NCBI GenBank assembly: GCA_036657515.1
Contig: JAVXGI010000003.1
Span: forward strand, 45-64,044
Reading direction: 5' to 3'
DNA from: Bacilli bacterium
Lineage (GTDB): Bacteria; Bacillota_I; Bacilli_A; RFN20; CAG-826
DNA: 64,000 bases
A model generated the notes under the pieces. The model searched no databases and had not been told where the DNA came from. It saw only the letters and a program-made list of their open reading frames with translations. Shown here in pieces: positions 40,969 through 51,329 of the stretch. Both the position numbers and the translations under genes were made by a program. The first letter of the stretch is position 1. Every line of letters starts with the position of its first letter.

Positions 40969-43170
40969 ATGGGAAATGAGCCGTTTATTAAATTAGTAGA
41001 TGTATCTAAAATATATACATCGAAGGGCACTTCTTCTATTGGATTGCAAAATGTCAGTGCCGAATTCTCACTTGGAGAATTCGTAGCAATAACAGGAGAA
41101 TCTGGAAGTGGAAAATCCACTCTTTTAAATGTTATTGCTTGCCAAGATGTTTATGAAGAAGGTGAATTATTTATTAATGGAGAAGAAACTAGTGAAGTAA
41201 ATATTAGTAAACTAGATTCGTTTCGTAATAATAATATTTCATTTATATTTCAAGATTATAATATTGTTGAATCTTATAGCGTTCTTGAAAACGTCATGCT
41301 GCCATTGCTTGCACGTGGAATGAAAAAACGTGAAGCAAAAAAGCTAGCACTAGAAGTAATTGAAAAAGTAGGATTAAGTAGTGTTAAAGATTCTAGTAGT
41401 AGCAAGTTATCGGGTGGAGAAAAACAAAGAACAGTTATAGCAAGAGCTTTAATGAACAACACTCCAGTTTTAGCTTGTGATGAACCGACTGGAAATCTTG
41501 ATTCTAAAACTGGAGCAGAGATTGTTGCTTTATTAAAAGAAGTAAGTAAATATCGTTTAGTTTTATTTGTTACTCACGATTACGCCTCTCTTAAAGATAG
41601 TGCTACAAGACACATTGAACTTAAAGACGGACATATAGTTTTAGATGAACGTCTCAAAGAATTTGTTCCACTTGAGTATGTAAAACCGGCTGAAACTAAG
41701 ACAATTAGTACCTTTTCTGCTGTTTTAATTGGGTTAAAGAACTTTATTAAAACACCAAAGAAAAGTTTACTAATTAGTGCTATATCATTGGTTTCTGGTC
41801 TTATTATTTGTGGAGCAGGAATTACTGCTGTTAATATTGATGATGCTTATAAAAGCAGTCATAATATTTTTTTTAATGAACAAACTCAAAATAATATTGC
41901 AAATAGAGTTACGGTTAAACGTAAAAATATAGATGCAAAATCTCCTGAGGAAATACTTGGAAATAAATACGATTACTTTTTAGATAAAGGTTCTTTAACG
42001 GAAAATTTGTCTTTTAATCTTTCTTTTATAAATAGCAATGGAGTTTATGAAGTAAATCCAAATAATGTTACTTTAAATATTCTTTGTTCAGATGATAAAT
42101 TAATGATTGGAGAAAAAATTAAAGATGATCATGAAATTGCTATTTTTGCGAATGATATTAATCGTATAAACAAAGATTTTTTTAGCGATGATATAGGCAA
42201 AGAAATGAAAATATCTTTAATTGATCATAATACTGGTAAGAGTCAAGTTGAAGAAATTGTAAAACTTGTAGGTGTATACGCCTCGGAATATAAGCTACCT
42301 CCTGGATTCTCAATTGTTGGAAATCGAAAATTTGTAGAAAGATATTTAGAGAGAATTAAATATGAAAAATTAGAAGCTAAATATATTGGTCAAATTTTAG
42401 AAAATGGTGTTATGAAAGTTGATGGTACTCCTATTTTATTAGCAAATAATCCAATTGATTTTGAAACAAAATTTGAAAAAATTGTTTTATCTTCCATTTA
42501 TAAGGGAAAACCAATTGAATATTCAATAATGAATACAAATATAAAACTTAATGAAAACGATGTGATATATAGAGACGATCTTAAATTTGGATATTATCAT
42601 ACAAGAAGTTCATTTACTAAATTAGCAGAAAAGTATGATTTAAATACGACGATTATTTTAAATAATGTAAAAGATAAAGCCGGAGTTATGGGATCGTTTA
42701 ATAATAATGACTATATTATACTTAACAATGGAGAATATGTTGAAAAATTTGAACTTGCATCATTTATCGGTGTTGCATTATTAATGATTTTTGTCTTCCT
42801 TCCAATTGTTATATTTTCTTTCTATATTGCAATGTATCTTGAAACAGTGATTTATAAACGTAATTTAAAGGATTATTCAATTTTTAAAACCTGTGGATTC
42901 TCTGCTAATAAAGTTAGTTTGTTTCCTCTTTTTGAACAATTATTAACAATTATATGTTCGCTTTTAATTCTAACTATTTTAATTTCAATTGCACTTGCTT
43001 ATCCGACAATATTACCAAAGGAATATATCCTTATATTTAAGAACCCATTATTTTATAGTGTTACCTTTATATTTGGAATTTTATATTCGATTTGGTTCTC
43101 AATGAAATTAAGAAAAAAGATTGAGATAACTACCGTAAGCAAAGGGCTTAGAGAGGATGAATTGTTATGA
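40969..43170 (+). CDS. fused ABC transporter: MacB/LolD-type ATPase + FtsX-like permease with large extracytoplasmic domain
   Basis: Walker A GESGSGKST, signature LSGGEKQR, Walker B LACDEPTGNLD, then TM1, a ~330-aa extracellular domain, and three C-terminal TM helices. Confidence 0.75.
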   Translation: MGNEPFIKLVDVSKIYTSKGTSSIGLQNVSAEFSLGEFVAITGESGSGKSTLLNVIACQDVYEEGELFINGEETSEVNISKLDSFRNNNISFIFQDYNIVESYSVLENVMLPLLARGMKKREAKKLALEVIEKVGLSSVKDSSSSKLSGGEKQRTVIARALMNNTPVLACDEPTGNLDSKTGAEIVALLKEVSKYRLVLFVTHDYASLKDSATRHIELKDGHIVLDERLKEFVPLEYVKPAETKTISTFSAVLIGLKNFIKTPKKSLLISAISLVSGLIICGAGITAVNIDDAYKSSHNIFFNEQTQNNIANRVTVKRKNIDAKSPEEILGNKYDYFLDKGSLTENLSFNLSFINSNGVYEVNPNNVTLNILCSDDKLMIGEKIKDDHEIAIFANDINRINKDFFSDDIGKEMKISLIDHNTGKSQVEEIVKLVGVYASEYKLPPGFSIVGNRKFVERYLERIKYEKLEAKYIGQILENGVMKVDGTPILLANNPIDFETKFEKIVLSSIYKGKPIEYSIMNTNIKLNENDVIYRDDLKFGYYHTRSSFTKLAEKYDLNTTIILNNVKDKAGVMGSFNNNDYIILNNGEYVEKFELASFIGVALLMIFVFLPIVIFSFYIAMYLETVIYKRNLKDYSIFKTCGFSANKVSLFPLFEQLLTIICSLLILTILISIALAYPTILPKEYILIFKNPLFYSVTFIFGILYSIWFSMKLRKKIEITTVSKGLREDELL

Positions 43171-45905
43171 TTAAAATTAATAATTTGGATAAATATTTCT
43201 TTGAAGGAAAAAGAAATGAGATTCATGTAATAAACGATATCTCTCTTTCAATTGAAGGGAAAGGACTTTTGATGATTCTTGGACGTTCTGGAAGTGGAAA
43301 ATCAACATTACTTAATGTTATTGGTGGATTAGATTCTGCAAAAGGTAGTATAAGTTATGATGAGACAACATTTGATTCATATCAAATGGGTAAAATTGAT
43401 AAATTTAGATCGAAAAATATTGGCTATATTTTTCAAAACTATATGTTGCTTGACAATTTTACCGTTAAAGAAAACATCAATAATACACTTGTTCTTCTTG
43501 GAATGTGTGATGAAAAAGAAAGAAATAAACGTATTGATGAATCACTTAATGCAACTGGAATGTATCGTTATCGTAATAAGTTATGTAATGCACTTAGTGG
43601 TGGACAACGTCAAAGAGTTGGAATTGCTCGTGCATTAGCAAAAGATGCCGATATTTTAATTGCAGATGAACCAACTGGTAATCTTGATAGCAAGAATTCA
43701 ACAGAGATTTTAAAGATTATTAAAGAAATATCAAAAAATAAGTTAGTAATTATGGTCACACATAATGAAACATTAGCCAAACAATATGGAGATAGAATCA
43801 TAAATTTCCAAAATGGGCAAATTTTTTCTGATGTTGCAAATGTTGCTACTGGATCAAAAAGAATTATTAATGAAAACGATGTTTTTGTAAAAGATTTTAA
43901 AGCTGAAGAACATATAATTGATGACAAAGTTAAGATAAATGTTTTAAGTGATGACGTAAATAACGATGAATGTTTAAATATAAAGATCATTAAAAGAAAT
44001 GGTAAATATCTTCTTTTTGCTGATGAAAATGTTTCAATAAATCCTAATGTTAATTTATTAGACGAAAGCAAAGAAGAAGTAATGGAAACATTAGAAAAAG
44101 AGGATGCTGAATTATCATTCTTTGACTTATCTGATTTTGATAAAGATACACCAAAGAAAAATATATCTTTATTTAAATATATTTGGATAGAAATTAAGCA
44201 AATATTTACAAGAAAAAAGAAGTTTAGAAAAAGTTTTTTTAACTTAACTAATTTCGGTCTTGGAATTGCACTTGCATTTTTAACATCATATCTTTTTAAT
44301 TTTAGTGCAATTAATTTTTCAAGAGCCAAAATTACTAATTGCTTTCCTGCAACTTATGTAATGAATCCTGTTGGTAAACATGATGATCGCATTAACAATG
44401 AAAGAGCTCTTAAATATTTTAATTTTATGAACGATAAAGAATCTGGTATTGATTCATACGTGGCTCGAAATACTGAAATGATTTGTAAACAACGGTTTTC
44501 TTTATTTAATTCTTCGAGTAATACTTCTATAAGTGCTGCTTATATATCAAAAGATTCTTATAAAGGACCTGACAAGTTGATTGCTGGAGAATTTCCAAAA
44601 TCTCATTTTGAAGTTTGCATTGATAAATTAACTATAGATTATTTTTATGAAAATAACAAAACGTATAATATTACAATTAATGATTATATTGGCACTCGTA
44701 TAAATACTCGCAAAATTTTAAATGGTGAGAAATTAGTTTATACAATTGTTGGTGTTACTGATAACGGCTTTAATTCGTTAATGTTTGCACCAGAAGACTA
44801 TGATATTGCTGTTCAATCATTAACTAATTATTATGATGTTAAGTTAAATTATGCATATACTGTTGGATTTGATCCTTTGATTGAAAAAATTGATTTACTT
44901 GAAAATTCAGATCTAACCGAAGAAGATAAAAAAGATGCTATTACTAAGTACGATAGGTGCAATATTTATGTGAGTGAACAACTTTTAGCATTATTCCCAA
45001 ATTATTTTGATAGTAACTATTTTAATATTTGCAAAAAGTACAACGACCATTCAAATAAAGTATCAATGTATTTTTCTGATATCAAACAAGCAGAACGTCT
45101 ATTAAAATATAATGTTCAACATATTAATACAATTCCAATGCGTTTACAAAATGATAGTCTTGTAATTACCGAAGGAAGAAAAGCTCTAAGTGCGAACGAA
45201 ATAGTAGTATCCGATACTTTAACTGGAATTAGTTTATCTATGTTTAATGATTTATATAAAGTTGTTGGCAAATATAAAGCTAATTCATTACGTGATAGTT
45301 TTTATACCTATACTACATTATCTGGATTTCAATACTTTATATATAATTCGGGATTCAGCAGTTGCTTTAATAATTCTTGGCCTTTAAGTGAAGCAACATT
45401 ATTTACAAACAACCCTCAACAAGTAGAAAAATATTTACAAGAGAAACTTGGAAGTGATTTTAAATGTGGCAATGTTGGGACCTTTCTTACAAATTTTGAA
45501 ACTCAACGTAAAGTAGAATCACAAATAATAATACTTTCATTATTTATTAGTTTCTTAATAATACTAGTTGTTCTTGTAGTATTACATGGAAGAACTAAAT
45601 TAATTAGTAAACAATATTCGGTTGCGGTATACCGTTGTCTTGGTGTTAGCAAGACCTCAATTTCTAAACTGTTCCTAGCGGAAGGAATAGCAATATTTAC
45701 TATTTATACAACGCCTGGATTTATAGTTGGCTTATTAATAGCTAATATATTCAGAATCTTTGAAAATGCAACGCCACTTATATATTTAGGAATTTTTGGA
45801 TCATATGTACTTCTATTTTTAGTCTCAATAGGCGCACTTATTATTCCACTTATTTTACTCCTTAGAAAAACTCCTCATAAGATTGCTATTAAATATGACA
45901 TTTAA
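43167..45905 (+). CDS. second fused ABC ATPase + FtsX-like permease
   Basis: Walker A GRSGSGKST, signature LSGGQRQR, Walker B LIADEPTGNLD. Long extracytoplasmic region and C-terminal TM bundle. Overlaps the previous gene by 4 nt. Confidence 0.75.
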   Translation: MIKINNLDKYFFEGKRNEIHVINDISLSIEGKGLLMILGRSGSGKSTLLNVIGGLDSAKGSISYDETTFDSYQMGKIDKFRSKNIGYIFQNYMLLDNFTVKENINNTLVLLGMCDEKERNKRIDESLNATGMYRYRNKLCNALSGGQRQRVGIARALAKDADILIADEPTGNLDSKNSTEILKIIKEISKNKLVIMVTHNETLAKQYGDRIINFQNGQIFSDVANVATGSKRIINENDVFVKDFKAEEHIIDDKVKINVLSDDVNNDECLNIKIIKRNGKYLLFADENVSINPNVNLLDESKEEVMETLEKEDAELSFFDLSDFDKDTPKKNISLFKYIWIEIKQIFTRKKKFRKSFFNLTNFGLGIALAFLTSYLFNFSAINFSRAKITNCFPATYVMNPVGKHDDRINNERALKYFNFMNDKESGIDSYVARNTEMICKQRFSLFNSSSNTSISAAYISKDSYKGPDKLIAGEFPKSHFEVCIDKLTIDYFYENNKTYNITINDYIGTRINTRKILNGEKLVYTIVGVTDNGFNSLMFAPEDYDIAVQSLTNYYDVKLNYAYTVGFDPLIEKIDLLENSDLTEEDKKDAITKYDRCNIYVSEQLLALFPNYFDSNYFNICKKYNDHSNKVSMYFSDIKQAERLLKYNVQHINTIPMRLQNDSLVITEGRKALSANEIVVSDTLTGISLSMFNDLYKVVGKYKANSLRDSFYTYTTLSGFQYFIYNSGFSSCFNNSWPLSEATLFTNNPQQVEKYLQEKLGSDFKCGNVGTFLTNFETQRKVESQIIILSLFISFLIILVVLVVLHGRTKLISKQYSVAVYRCLGVSKTSISKLFLAEGIAIFTIYTTPGFIVGLLIANIFRIFENATPLIYLGIFGSYVLLFLVSIGALIIPLILLLRKTPHKIAIKYDI

Positions 45906-45961
45906 TTATTTGTTATAAAATAATGAAGTTTCGCAGTCTAAATTCTCAAACAAGATGAAAT

Positions 45962-45998
45962 AATCCAACTGTTTTCTTTTAAAAAACAGTTGGATTTT
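45962..45998. terminator. terminator hairpin between convergent genes
   Basis: ATCCAACTGTTTT-CTTT-TAAAAAACAGTTGGAT flanked by T-runs. Confidence 0.65.
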
Positions 45999-46010
45999 CT
46001 TTTACATAAA

Positions 46011-46033
46011 AAAATGGTTCCATTGGAACCATT
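46011..46033. repeat. perfect palindrome AATGGTTCCATTGGAACCATT
   Basis: Read directly. Second hairpin in the same intergenic region, flanked by 17-nt imperfect direct repeats (GTTTCGCAGTCTAAATT / GTTTTGCAGTCTAATTT). Confidence 0.5.
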
Positions 46034-46059
46034 GAGGTTTTGCAGTCTAATTTAAAAAA

Positions 46060-46962
46060 TTATTTAATTGATCTATCTTTTGCTAAGAAGAAAATAGATA
46101 ACATACCAGGTCCAACGTGGCTTCCAATAATTGGTCCAATTTCATGAATTTCAATTGGTGGAAGTTCGATTGATTTAAATGTTTTTCTTAATAATGTTTC
46201 TACTTTAAGTGCATCTTCTAGATCATCAGCATGGCCAATCCAGATAACTTCACTTTCAATTTTTTTATTAATCATTGATATACTTTTCTTTGTTTCATTT
46301 ATTAAGTCTTTAATAGCTTTTGTTCTACCATGAGAGACATTAAATGAAACTAATCTTCCTTGTTCATCAACTCTAAGACAAGGTTTAAGAGATAAAGTTT
46401 TAGCAACAAATGCTTTTGTTGCAGTTAAACGGCCACCTCTTTCTAATACACCAATATCATCAACTGTAAAAATATGAACTACTCTAAGTTTTATATATTC
46501 TGCATATTCTACTACTTGTTCAAAATTAGGATTTTTTTCAGCGAAACGTGCGACTAAAATACTATAATATGCTTGTCCTAAAGCAGCGCATAATGAATCA
46601 ATTACCACAATTTTTGCATCTGGATAAGTTTCTAGAAGCATATTTTTTGCAAGACAAGCACTATTATGCGTTCCACTTAAAGCACTAGAAAATGTTAAAT
46701 AAATAAGGGAATATCCCTCTTTTATATATTGCTCACCACAACTCATAAATTCAGAAGTGGTTACTTGTGCGGTTTTAGAAATATTTTTTTCTCTTAATAA
46801 ATCATAGAATTGTTTATTGCTTAATACTGGCGAGCAAGGATCATCTATATAAGATATATCGTTAATAGTATAGCTCATTTTACAAAAACCAAAATTATAC
46901 TTAATAATTTCATTTTTTGTAAAGTCACCAGCGGAATCAACTATAATTTTTATTTTGTCCAT
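46060..46962 (-). CDS. DegV-family fatty-acid-binding protein
   Basis: N-terminal IIVDSAGD motif. 300 aa. Confidence 0.8.
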   Translation of the reverse strand: MDKIKIIVDSAGDFTKNEIIKYNFGFCKMSYTINDISYIDDPCSPVLSNKQFYDLLREKNISKTAQVTTSEFMSCGEQYIKEGYSLIYLTFSSALSGTHNSACLAKNMLLETYPDAKIVVIDSLCAALGQAYYSILVARFAEKNPNFEQVVEYAEYIKLRVVHIFTVDDIGVLERGGRLTATKAFVAKTLSLKPCLRVDEQGRLVSFNVSHGRTKAIKDLINETKKSISMINKKIESEVIWIGHADDLEDALKVETLLRKTFKSIELPPIEIHEIGPIIGSHVGPGMLSIFFLAKDRSIK

Positions 46963-47045
46963 ATGTTCTATTATACATTGAAAATAGTATTTCTAAAAAG
47001 AGTTTTTTATTAGTTTTTGAATATATTTTATTATATAATCATTAT

Positions 47046-47696
47046 ATGAAAGAAACTTATGAAAATCTAAATTGGTGGCTTGCAAATCTAGATAAACAAA
47101 AATTGCCTGAATATTCTAAACTTCCAGAAGTAAATCTTTATATGGAACAAGTGGTTTCTTTTGTTGCTGAATCGGTTAAACCATTTAGCAATGATAATAA
47201 TTGTGATTTAACCTCATTTATGGTCAATAACTATGTAAAAGCTAAAATTATTGAACCTCCAAATGATAGAAAATATAATCGTGATCATATAACTCATTTA
47301 ATAGCATTATCGATGCTTAAATCTGTAACAAATTTAGAAGATTTAAGTCTAATTTTAGATAGTAAAACATCAATGATGACACCAGAAGACTCATATAACT
47401 TTTTTAAGAAAACAACAGAGGATTCTGTTACTAATGTTCTTCACAAAACGAAAGTTCGTGTTGATACAATTAATAAAAAGGCTGATACAGATCGCAACAA
47501 GGCTAAGAAAAATCAAGAGAAGATTAAAAAGATTGATGGAATCCAAAAAAATCAATTAATTTACTCTGCTTTTAGATTGCTTGTTGAATCTGAAATTAAT
47601 AAAATGGTAGCAGATAAGATTTTATCAGAAGTTCGTGTTGATCATTCTAGTTTAAAAAAAGCAGGCGTTAAAACGCCTACCAAAAAGGACAAATAA
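47046..47696 (+). CDS. DUF1836-like protein with basic C-terminal tail
   Basis: A MVNNYVK-type motif and the common DegV neighbourhood suggest DUF1836. The C-terminal third is Lys-rich. Confidence 0.4.
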   Translation: MKETYENLNWWLANLDKQKLPEYSKLPEVNLYMEQVVSFVAESVKPFSNDNNCDLTSFMVNNYVKAKIIEPPNDRKYNRDHITHLIALSMLKSVTNLEDLSLILDSKTSMMTPEDSYNFFKKTTEDSVTNVLHKTKVRVDTINKKADTDRNKAKKNQEKIKKIDGIQKNQLIYSAFRLLVESEINKMVADKILSEVRVDHSSLKKAGVKTPTKKDK

Positions 47697-47710
47697 AAGG
47701 GAGGAACATT

Positions 47711-48724
47711 ATGAGAGTTTTAGTTACGGGTGGTACTGGATTTATTGGAAGTCATACTGTGGTTGAATTAATCAAAGAGGGTCACGAACCTATAATCGTT
47801 GATAATTTAATCAATTCATCAAAAGAAGTTTTAAATCGTATTAAGAAATTAACGGGTGTTAAACCTGTTTTTTACGAAGTTGATGTATGTAATAAAAGCA
47901 ATTTAGAGGAAGTATTTAAAGCAGAACATGTTGATGCTGTTATTCATTTTGCTGGATTAAAAGCAGTAGGTGAATCAGTTAGTAAACCTCTAGAATATTA
48001 TAGAAATAACATCGATTCTACTTTAACCCTTGTTGAAGTAATGAAAGAATTTGATGTTAAGAATCTTATTTTTTCAAGTAGTGCAACAGTTTATGGTACA
48101 CCAACTCGTGTTCCACTTTATGAAAAAGATCCAGTTGGAATTGCAACAAATCCATATGGTGAAACCAAGATTATGATCGAGCGTATCTTAACTGATTACG
48201 CATATGTTGATAAAACAATGAATATTATATTGTTAAGATACGCTAATCCAATTGGAGCACATCCAAGTGGATTGATGGGTGAAGATCCACAAGGCATTCC
48301 TAATAATTTAATGCCATATATTACACAAGTCGCTGTTGGTAAATTAAAGAATTTATTTGTCTATGGCGATGATTATGCAACCGAAGACGGAACCGGCGTC
48401 CGAGATTATATACACGTTGTAGATCTTGCTACTGGTCACGTTGCCGCTTTAAAGATTATTGATACATGTGGATTACGTGTTTATAATCTCGGGACAGGAA
48501 AAGGAACTAGTGTTCTTGAACTTGTAAATGCTTTTAAGAAAGTTAATAAAATTGAGATTCCATATAAAATCGTTGATAGAAGAGCAGGAGATATTGCTTC
48601 ATCTTATTTAAATTGTGATTTAGCTAAGGCTGAATTAAATTGGACTTCTAAATTAACAATTGAAGATTGTTGTAAAGATGCTTGGAATTGGCAGTCTCAT
48701 AATCCAACAGGTTATAAGAAATAA
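47711..48724 (+). CDS. galE: UDP-glucose 4-epimerase
   Basis: GGTGFIGSH Rossmann motif, SSSATVYG, YxxxK (YGETK). 337 aa. Confidence 0.85.
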   Translation: MRVLVTGGTGFIGSHTVVELIKEGHEPIIVDNLINSSKEVLNRIKKLTGVKPVFYEVDVCNKSNLEEVFKAEHVDAVIHFAGLKAVGESVSKPLEYYRNNIDSTLTLVEVMKEFDVKNLIFSSSATVYGTPTRVPLYEKDPVGIATNPYGETKIMIERILTDYAYVDKTMNIILLRYANPIGAHPSGLMGEDPQGIPNNLMPYITQVAVGKLKNLFVYGDDYATEDGTGVRDYIHVVDLATGHVAALKIIDTCGLRVYNLGTGKGTSVLELVNAFKKVNKIEIPYKIVDRRAGDIASSYLNCDLAKAELNWTSKLTIEDCCKDAWNWQSHNPTGYKK

Positions 48725-48728
48725 AAAG

Positions 48729-49199
48729 ATGAAGAAAATGATTTTATTAAGCGCCGTTCCTGGTGCTGGAAAGTCAACTTGGGCAGAAAAATATAAAAAA
48801 AATCACCTAAATACATTCATTGTATCAAGTGATGAGATAAGGAAAGAACTTGGTGGATCTTATAAATATTTTGCAGAAGAAGAAAAAGTATGGAAGCTTT
48901 TTATTGAACGTGCAAATTCATATTTAAATTTTCCACTAGATAATTTAACTGTTATTTTAGATTCTACACTCATGAATGATTATTATCGTGAATATTACTT
49001 AAAAAAGACATCAGGTTTTGATTTTCATTCACTTGTTTTTATTGATGTTCCTTTTGATGTTGCTAAAGAAAGAAACGTAGAACGTATAGAAGATAAGGTT
49101 GTTCCAGAAGAAGTTTTAATAAAAATGTATCACGATTTTGAGCGACCAAGCGACAAAGTTATTTCTTTATTTGATTCTTATCAAATAATTAAAATATAA
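48729..49199 (+). CDS. P-loop (AAA_33-like) ATP-binding protein / predicted kinase
   Basis: Walker A AVPGAGKST near the N-terminus, 156 aa. Start placed at ATG 48729, not the overlapping upstream start in the ORF track. Confidence 0.55.
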   Translation: MKKMILLSAVPGAGKSTWAEKYKKNHLNTFIVSSDEIRKELGGSYKYFAEEEKVWKLFIERANSYLNFPLDNLTVILDSTLMNDYYREYYLKKTSGFDFHSLVFIDVPFDVAKERNVERIEDKVVPEEVLIKMYHDFERPSDKVISLFDSYQIIKI

Positions 49200-49203
49200 C
49201 TAT

Positions 49204-49278
49204 TGCCCTGTGGGCAAGCGGTAAGCCAGGTGGCTCTGAACCACCTATTCCCAGGTTCGAATCCTGGCAGGGCAGCCA
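49204..49278 (+). tRNA. tRNA-Gln (anticodon CTG), U1:A72
   Basis: Acceptor TGCCCTG/CAGGGCA, anticodon stem GGTGG/CCACC with loop CTCTGAA, T-arm GGTTCGAATCC, encoded CCA. Confidence 0.7.
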
Positions 49279-49548
49279 TTATATGACACATGAACAATAC
49301 TAGTAATTAGTATTGTTTTTTTGTATTTTAAGGCATTTTTAATAGATTAACGGATATTTTTATGTATTGGTTAATCAGTTAACGTTAAGGGCGTATCAAT
49401 TTGAACCCTAAAACGAAATTATTAGATGAATGTACAAAATTATCGTTAAATTATTGGAAAACGTTAAAAGATTGAAAATAAGACATCTTCTCTATTTGGT
49501 AAGTATAGATTTTATGATAAAATATGTTTAGAGAAATGAAGTGAAAAG

Positions 49549-50559
49549 ATGATAAATACAAATGAAAAGAAAGAATTAAGTACGTTAAGTAGAAGTGAGA
49601 TTATTCATAATAACTTCTTTAATGAATTAAAAAAGCAAGGAATTACAAATGCTCAATATGCTAAAGACAATAATTTGGATAAAACTGTTTTATCGAAGTG
49701 GAAGAATATGACTACTATTATGTCTACAGAACAAGTTTATCAAGCGGCTGAATATTTGCATATTACTGTTAATAATTTATTCTATTCAACAGCAGAGAAA
49801 AAGGAAATAATGGTTCTAAATAATGATTCTGATTATATTCCCATCAAAGCACAACAAACGCTTGAAATAAAAATGTATGAAGAATCATTTAAGCATCCCT
49901 TCGACTTACTTGGATTAATTTTATTTGTCTTTGTTTTATTTACATCTATTTCCTTTTTCGCAAGTAAATCATCAGGATTTTGGATGTTTCTATTAATAGG
50001 TATTCCTATGGGTGGTTATACTTACTATAAAGAACAATTTGGGCATAAAAAGACTTATATTGTAGATTATTTAGATGATATCTATTACAAAATTGATAAG
50101 CCTAAAAATCAATATTTCATAATTAATTTAATCTTACATATTGTTTCATTATTAAGTGTTATTACTTCATTTGTATTTTTACTTCAAAGAGTTTATCCAA
50201 CTGAAGATAATCTAGTAACAATGATAATATTCCTATTATTAGGTATGGCTGTGTATGCTATTGTAAATTTCTTTACTCTATTTACTCACCAATTATATTT
50301 AAAAGAAGAAATATATGATAATGAAATAATGCCTCATACAAGCTCAATGGTTAATCTTTATATATCATTATTATTGCTAGCGATTGGTATTTGCTTTTTG
50401 TATCAGTACTTTGTTTACTATTGGTATGTTGTAGCATTTTTATTTTTATCTTCGGGTTTTTCTTTGATTGAATATTTACTATTGTCAAAAAAATATAGTG
50501 AATATAAACTAGTATATAAGGAGCATGATAAAGAGATTCAAGAATTGTTCCCTAATTAA
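49549..50559 (+). CDS. XRE-family HTH domain fused to multi-TM membrane domain
   Basis: N-terminal ~80 aa resemble an HTH (QGITNAQYAKDNNLDKTVLSKWKN). Followed by about 6 hydrophobic helices. Confidence 0.5.
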   Translation: MINTNEKKELSTLSRSEIIHNNFFNELKKQGITNAQYAKDNNLDKTVLSKWKNMTTIMSTEQVYQAAEYLHITVNNLFYSTAEKKEIMVLNNDSDYIPIKAQQTLEIKMYEESFKHPFDLLGLILFVFVLFTSISFFASKSSGFWMFLLIGIPMGGYTYYKEQFGHKKTYIVDYLDDIYYKIDKPKNQYFIINLILHIVSLLSVITSFVFLLQRVYPTEDNLVTMIIFLLLGMAVYAIVNFFTLFTHQLYLKEEIYDNEIMPHTSSMVNLYISLLLLAIGICFLYQYFVYYWYVVAFLFLSSGFSLIEYLLLSKKYSEYKLVYKEHDKEIQELFPN

Positions 50560-50730
50560 TAGTTGCAAATATTGCAACTTCGCCTCTATTTAGTTGCAGT
50601 ATCTGCAACCTACCTAGATTAGAAACCTACTTTATTATAAATTAGACTTAGCAAGTAAATCTTGTTATTGCAGATGAAGAAGTGCAGTGCACGCATCATT
50701 AATTTATGCAAGGAAAGTAGGTGGAAAGAT

Positions 50731-51078
50731 ATGGGATTATTTAGTTTTATTAATGACAAAATTCATACTAATTGCAAGAAGAGCAAAGATACTTCTTACC
50801 CTAATAAGTCTTATAAAGATGGAAAATATAGAGTTGGTGACCATGCTGTTACGCGAATGAATCAAAGACAAATAACAAAAGGTGAGTTACATGTAAATTT
50901 GCATACTAAACCTATAAAAATTACTTCAATAAAACATACTGAAGATGGGCCTTCTTATGAAAGATATAGTAAGAATAAGATTAACTCAAGAATCAACCCG
51001 GAAACAGATAATGTTAATACTGTTAGCAGATTTCATACAAGCAAGTATAATAAAATTATGAAAGGAAAGAAAAAATAA
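50731..51078 (+). CDS. DUF4258-like (RelE/BECR-fold toxin-like) small basic protein
   Basis: The HAVTRMNQRQITKGEL motif matches the H-A-x-x-R-M-x-x-R-x-I-[ST]-x-x-E pattern of DUF4258. RBS AGGTGG precedes ATG 50731; the ORF track extends it to 50662. Confidence 0.45.
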   Translation: MGLFSFINDKIHTNCKKSKDTSYPNKSYKDGKYRVGDHAVTRMNQRQITKGELHVNLHTKPIKITSIKHTEDGPSYERYSKNKINSRINPETDNVNTVSRFHTSKYNKIMKGKKK

Positions 51079-51320
51079 TGAAAAGATATAGTGAAAAAGT
51101 CGATTTATTTCTAACATCAATTGTCTTACCAAAAATGAAGTTGACGGAATATAATTATGACAATATAGGTGATATTGTTGATTATATGTTTTCAGAAATA
51201 GAAGGACCACTTTGTGATGCTGAAGAGAATGGAAGAATATTATCAAACGAAGATAAAGAGCTTTTAAATATAGTTACTACATCTATCACAGAGATAACAA
51301 CAAGAGACGATTGGGAATAG
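51078..51320 (+). CDS. small acidic protein, possible antitoxin/immunity partner
   Basis: 80 aa, strongly acidic. Start overlaps the stop of the previous gene (TAATG). Confidence 0.35.
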   Translation: MKRYSEKVDLFLTSIVLPKMKLTEYNYDNIGDIVDYMFSEIEGPLCDAEENGRILSNEDKELLNIVTTSITEITTRDDWE

Positions 51321-51329
51321 AATTATGGA

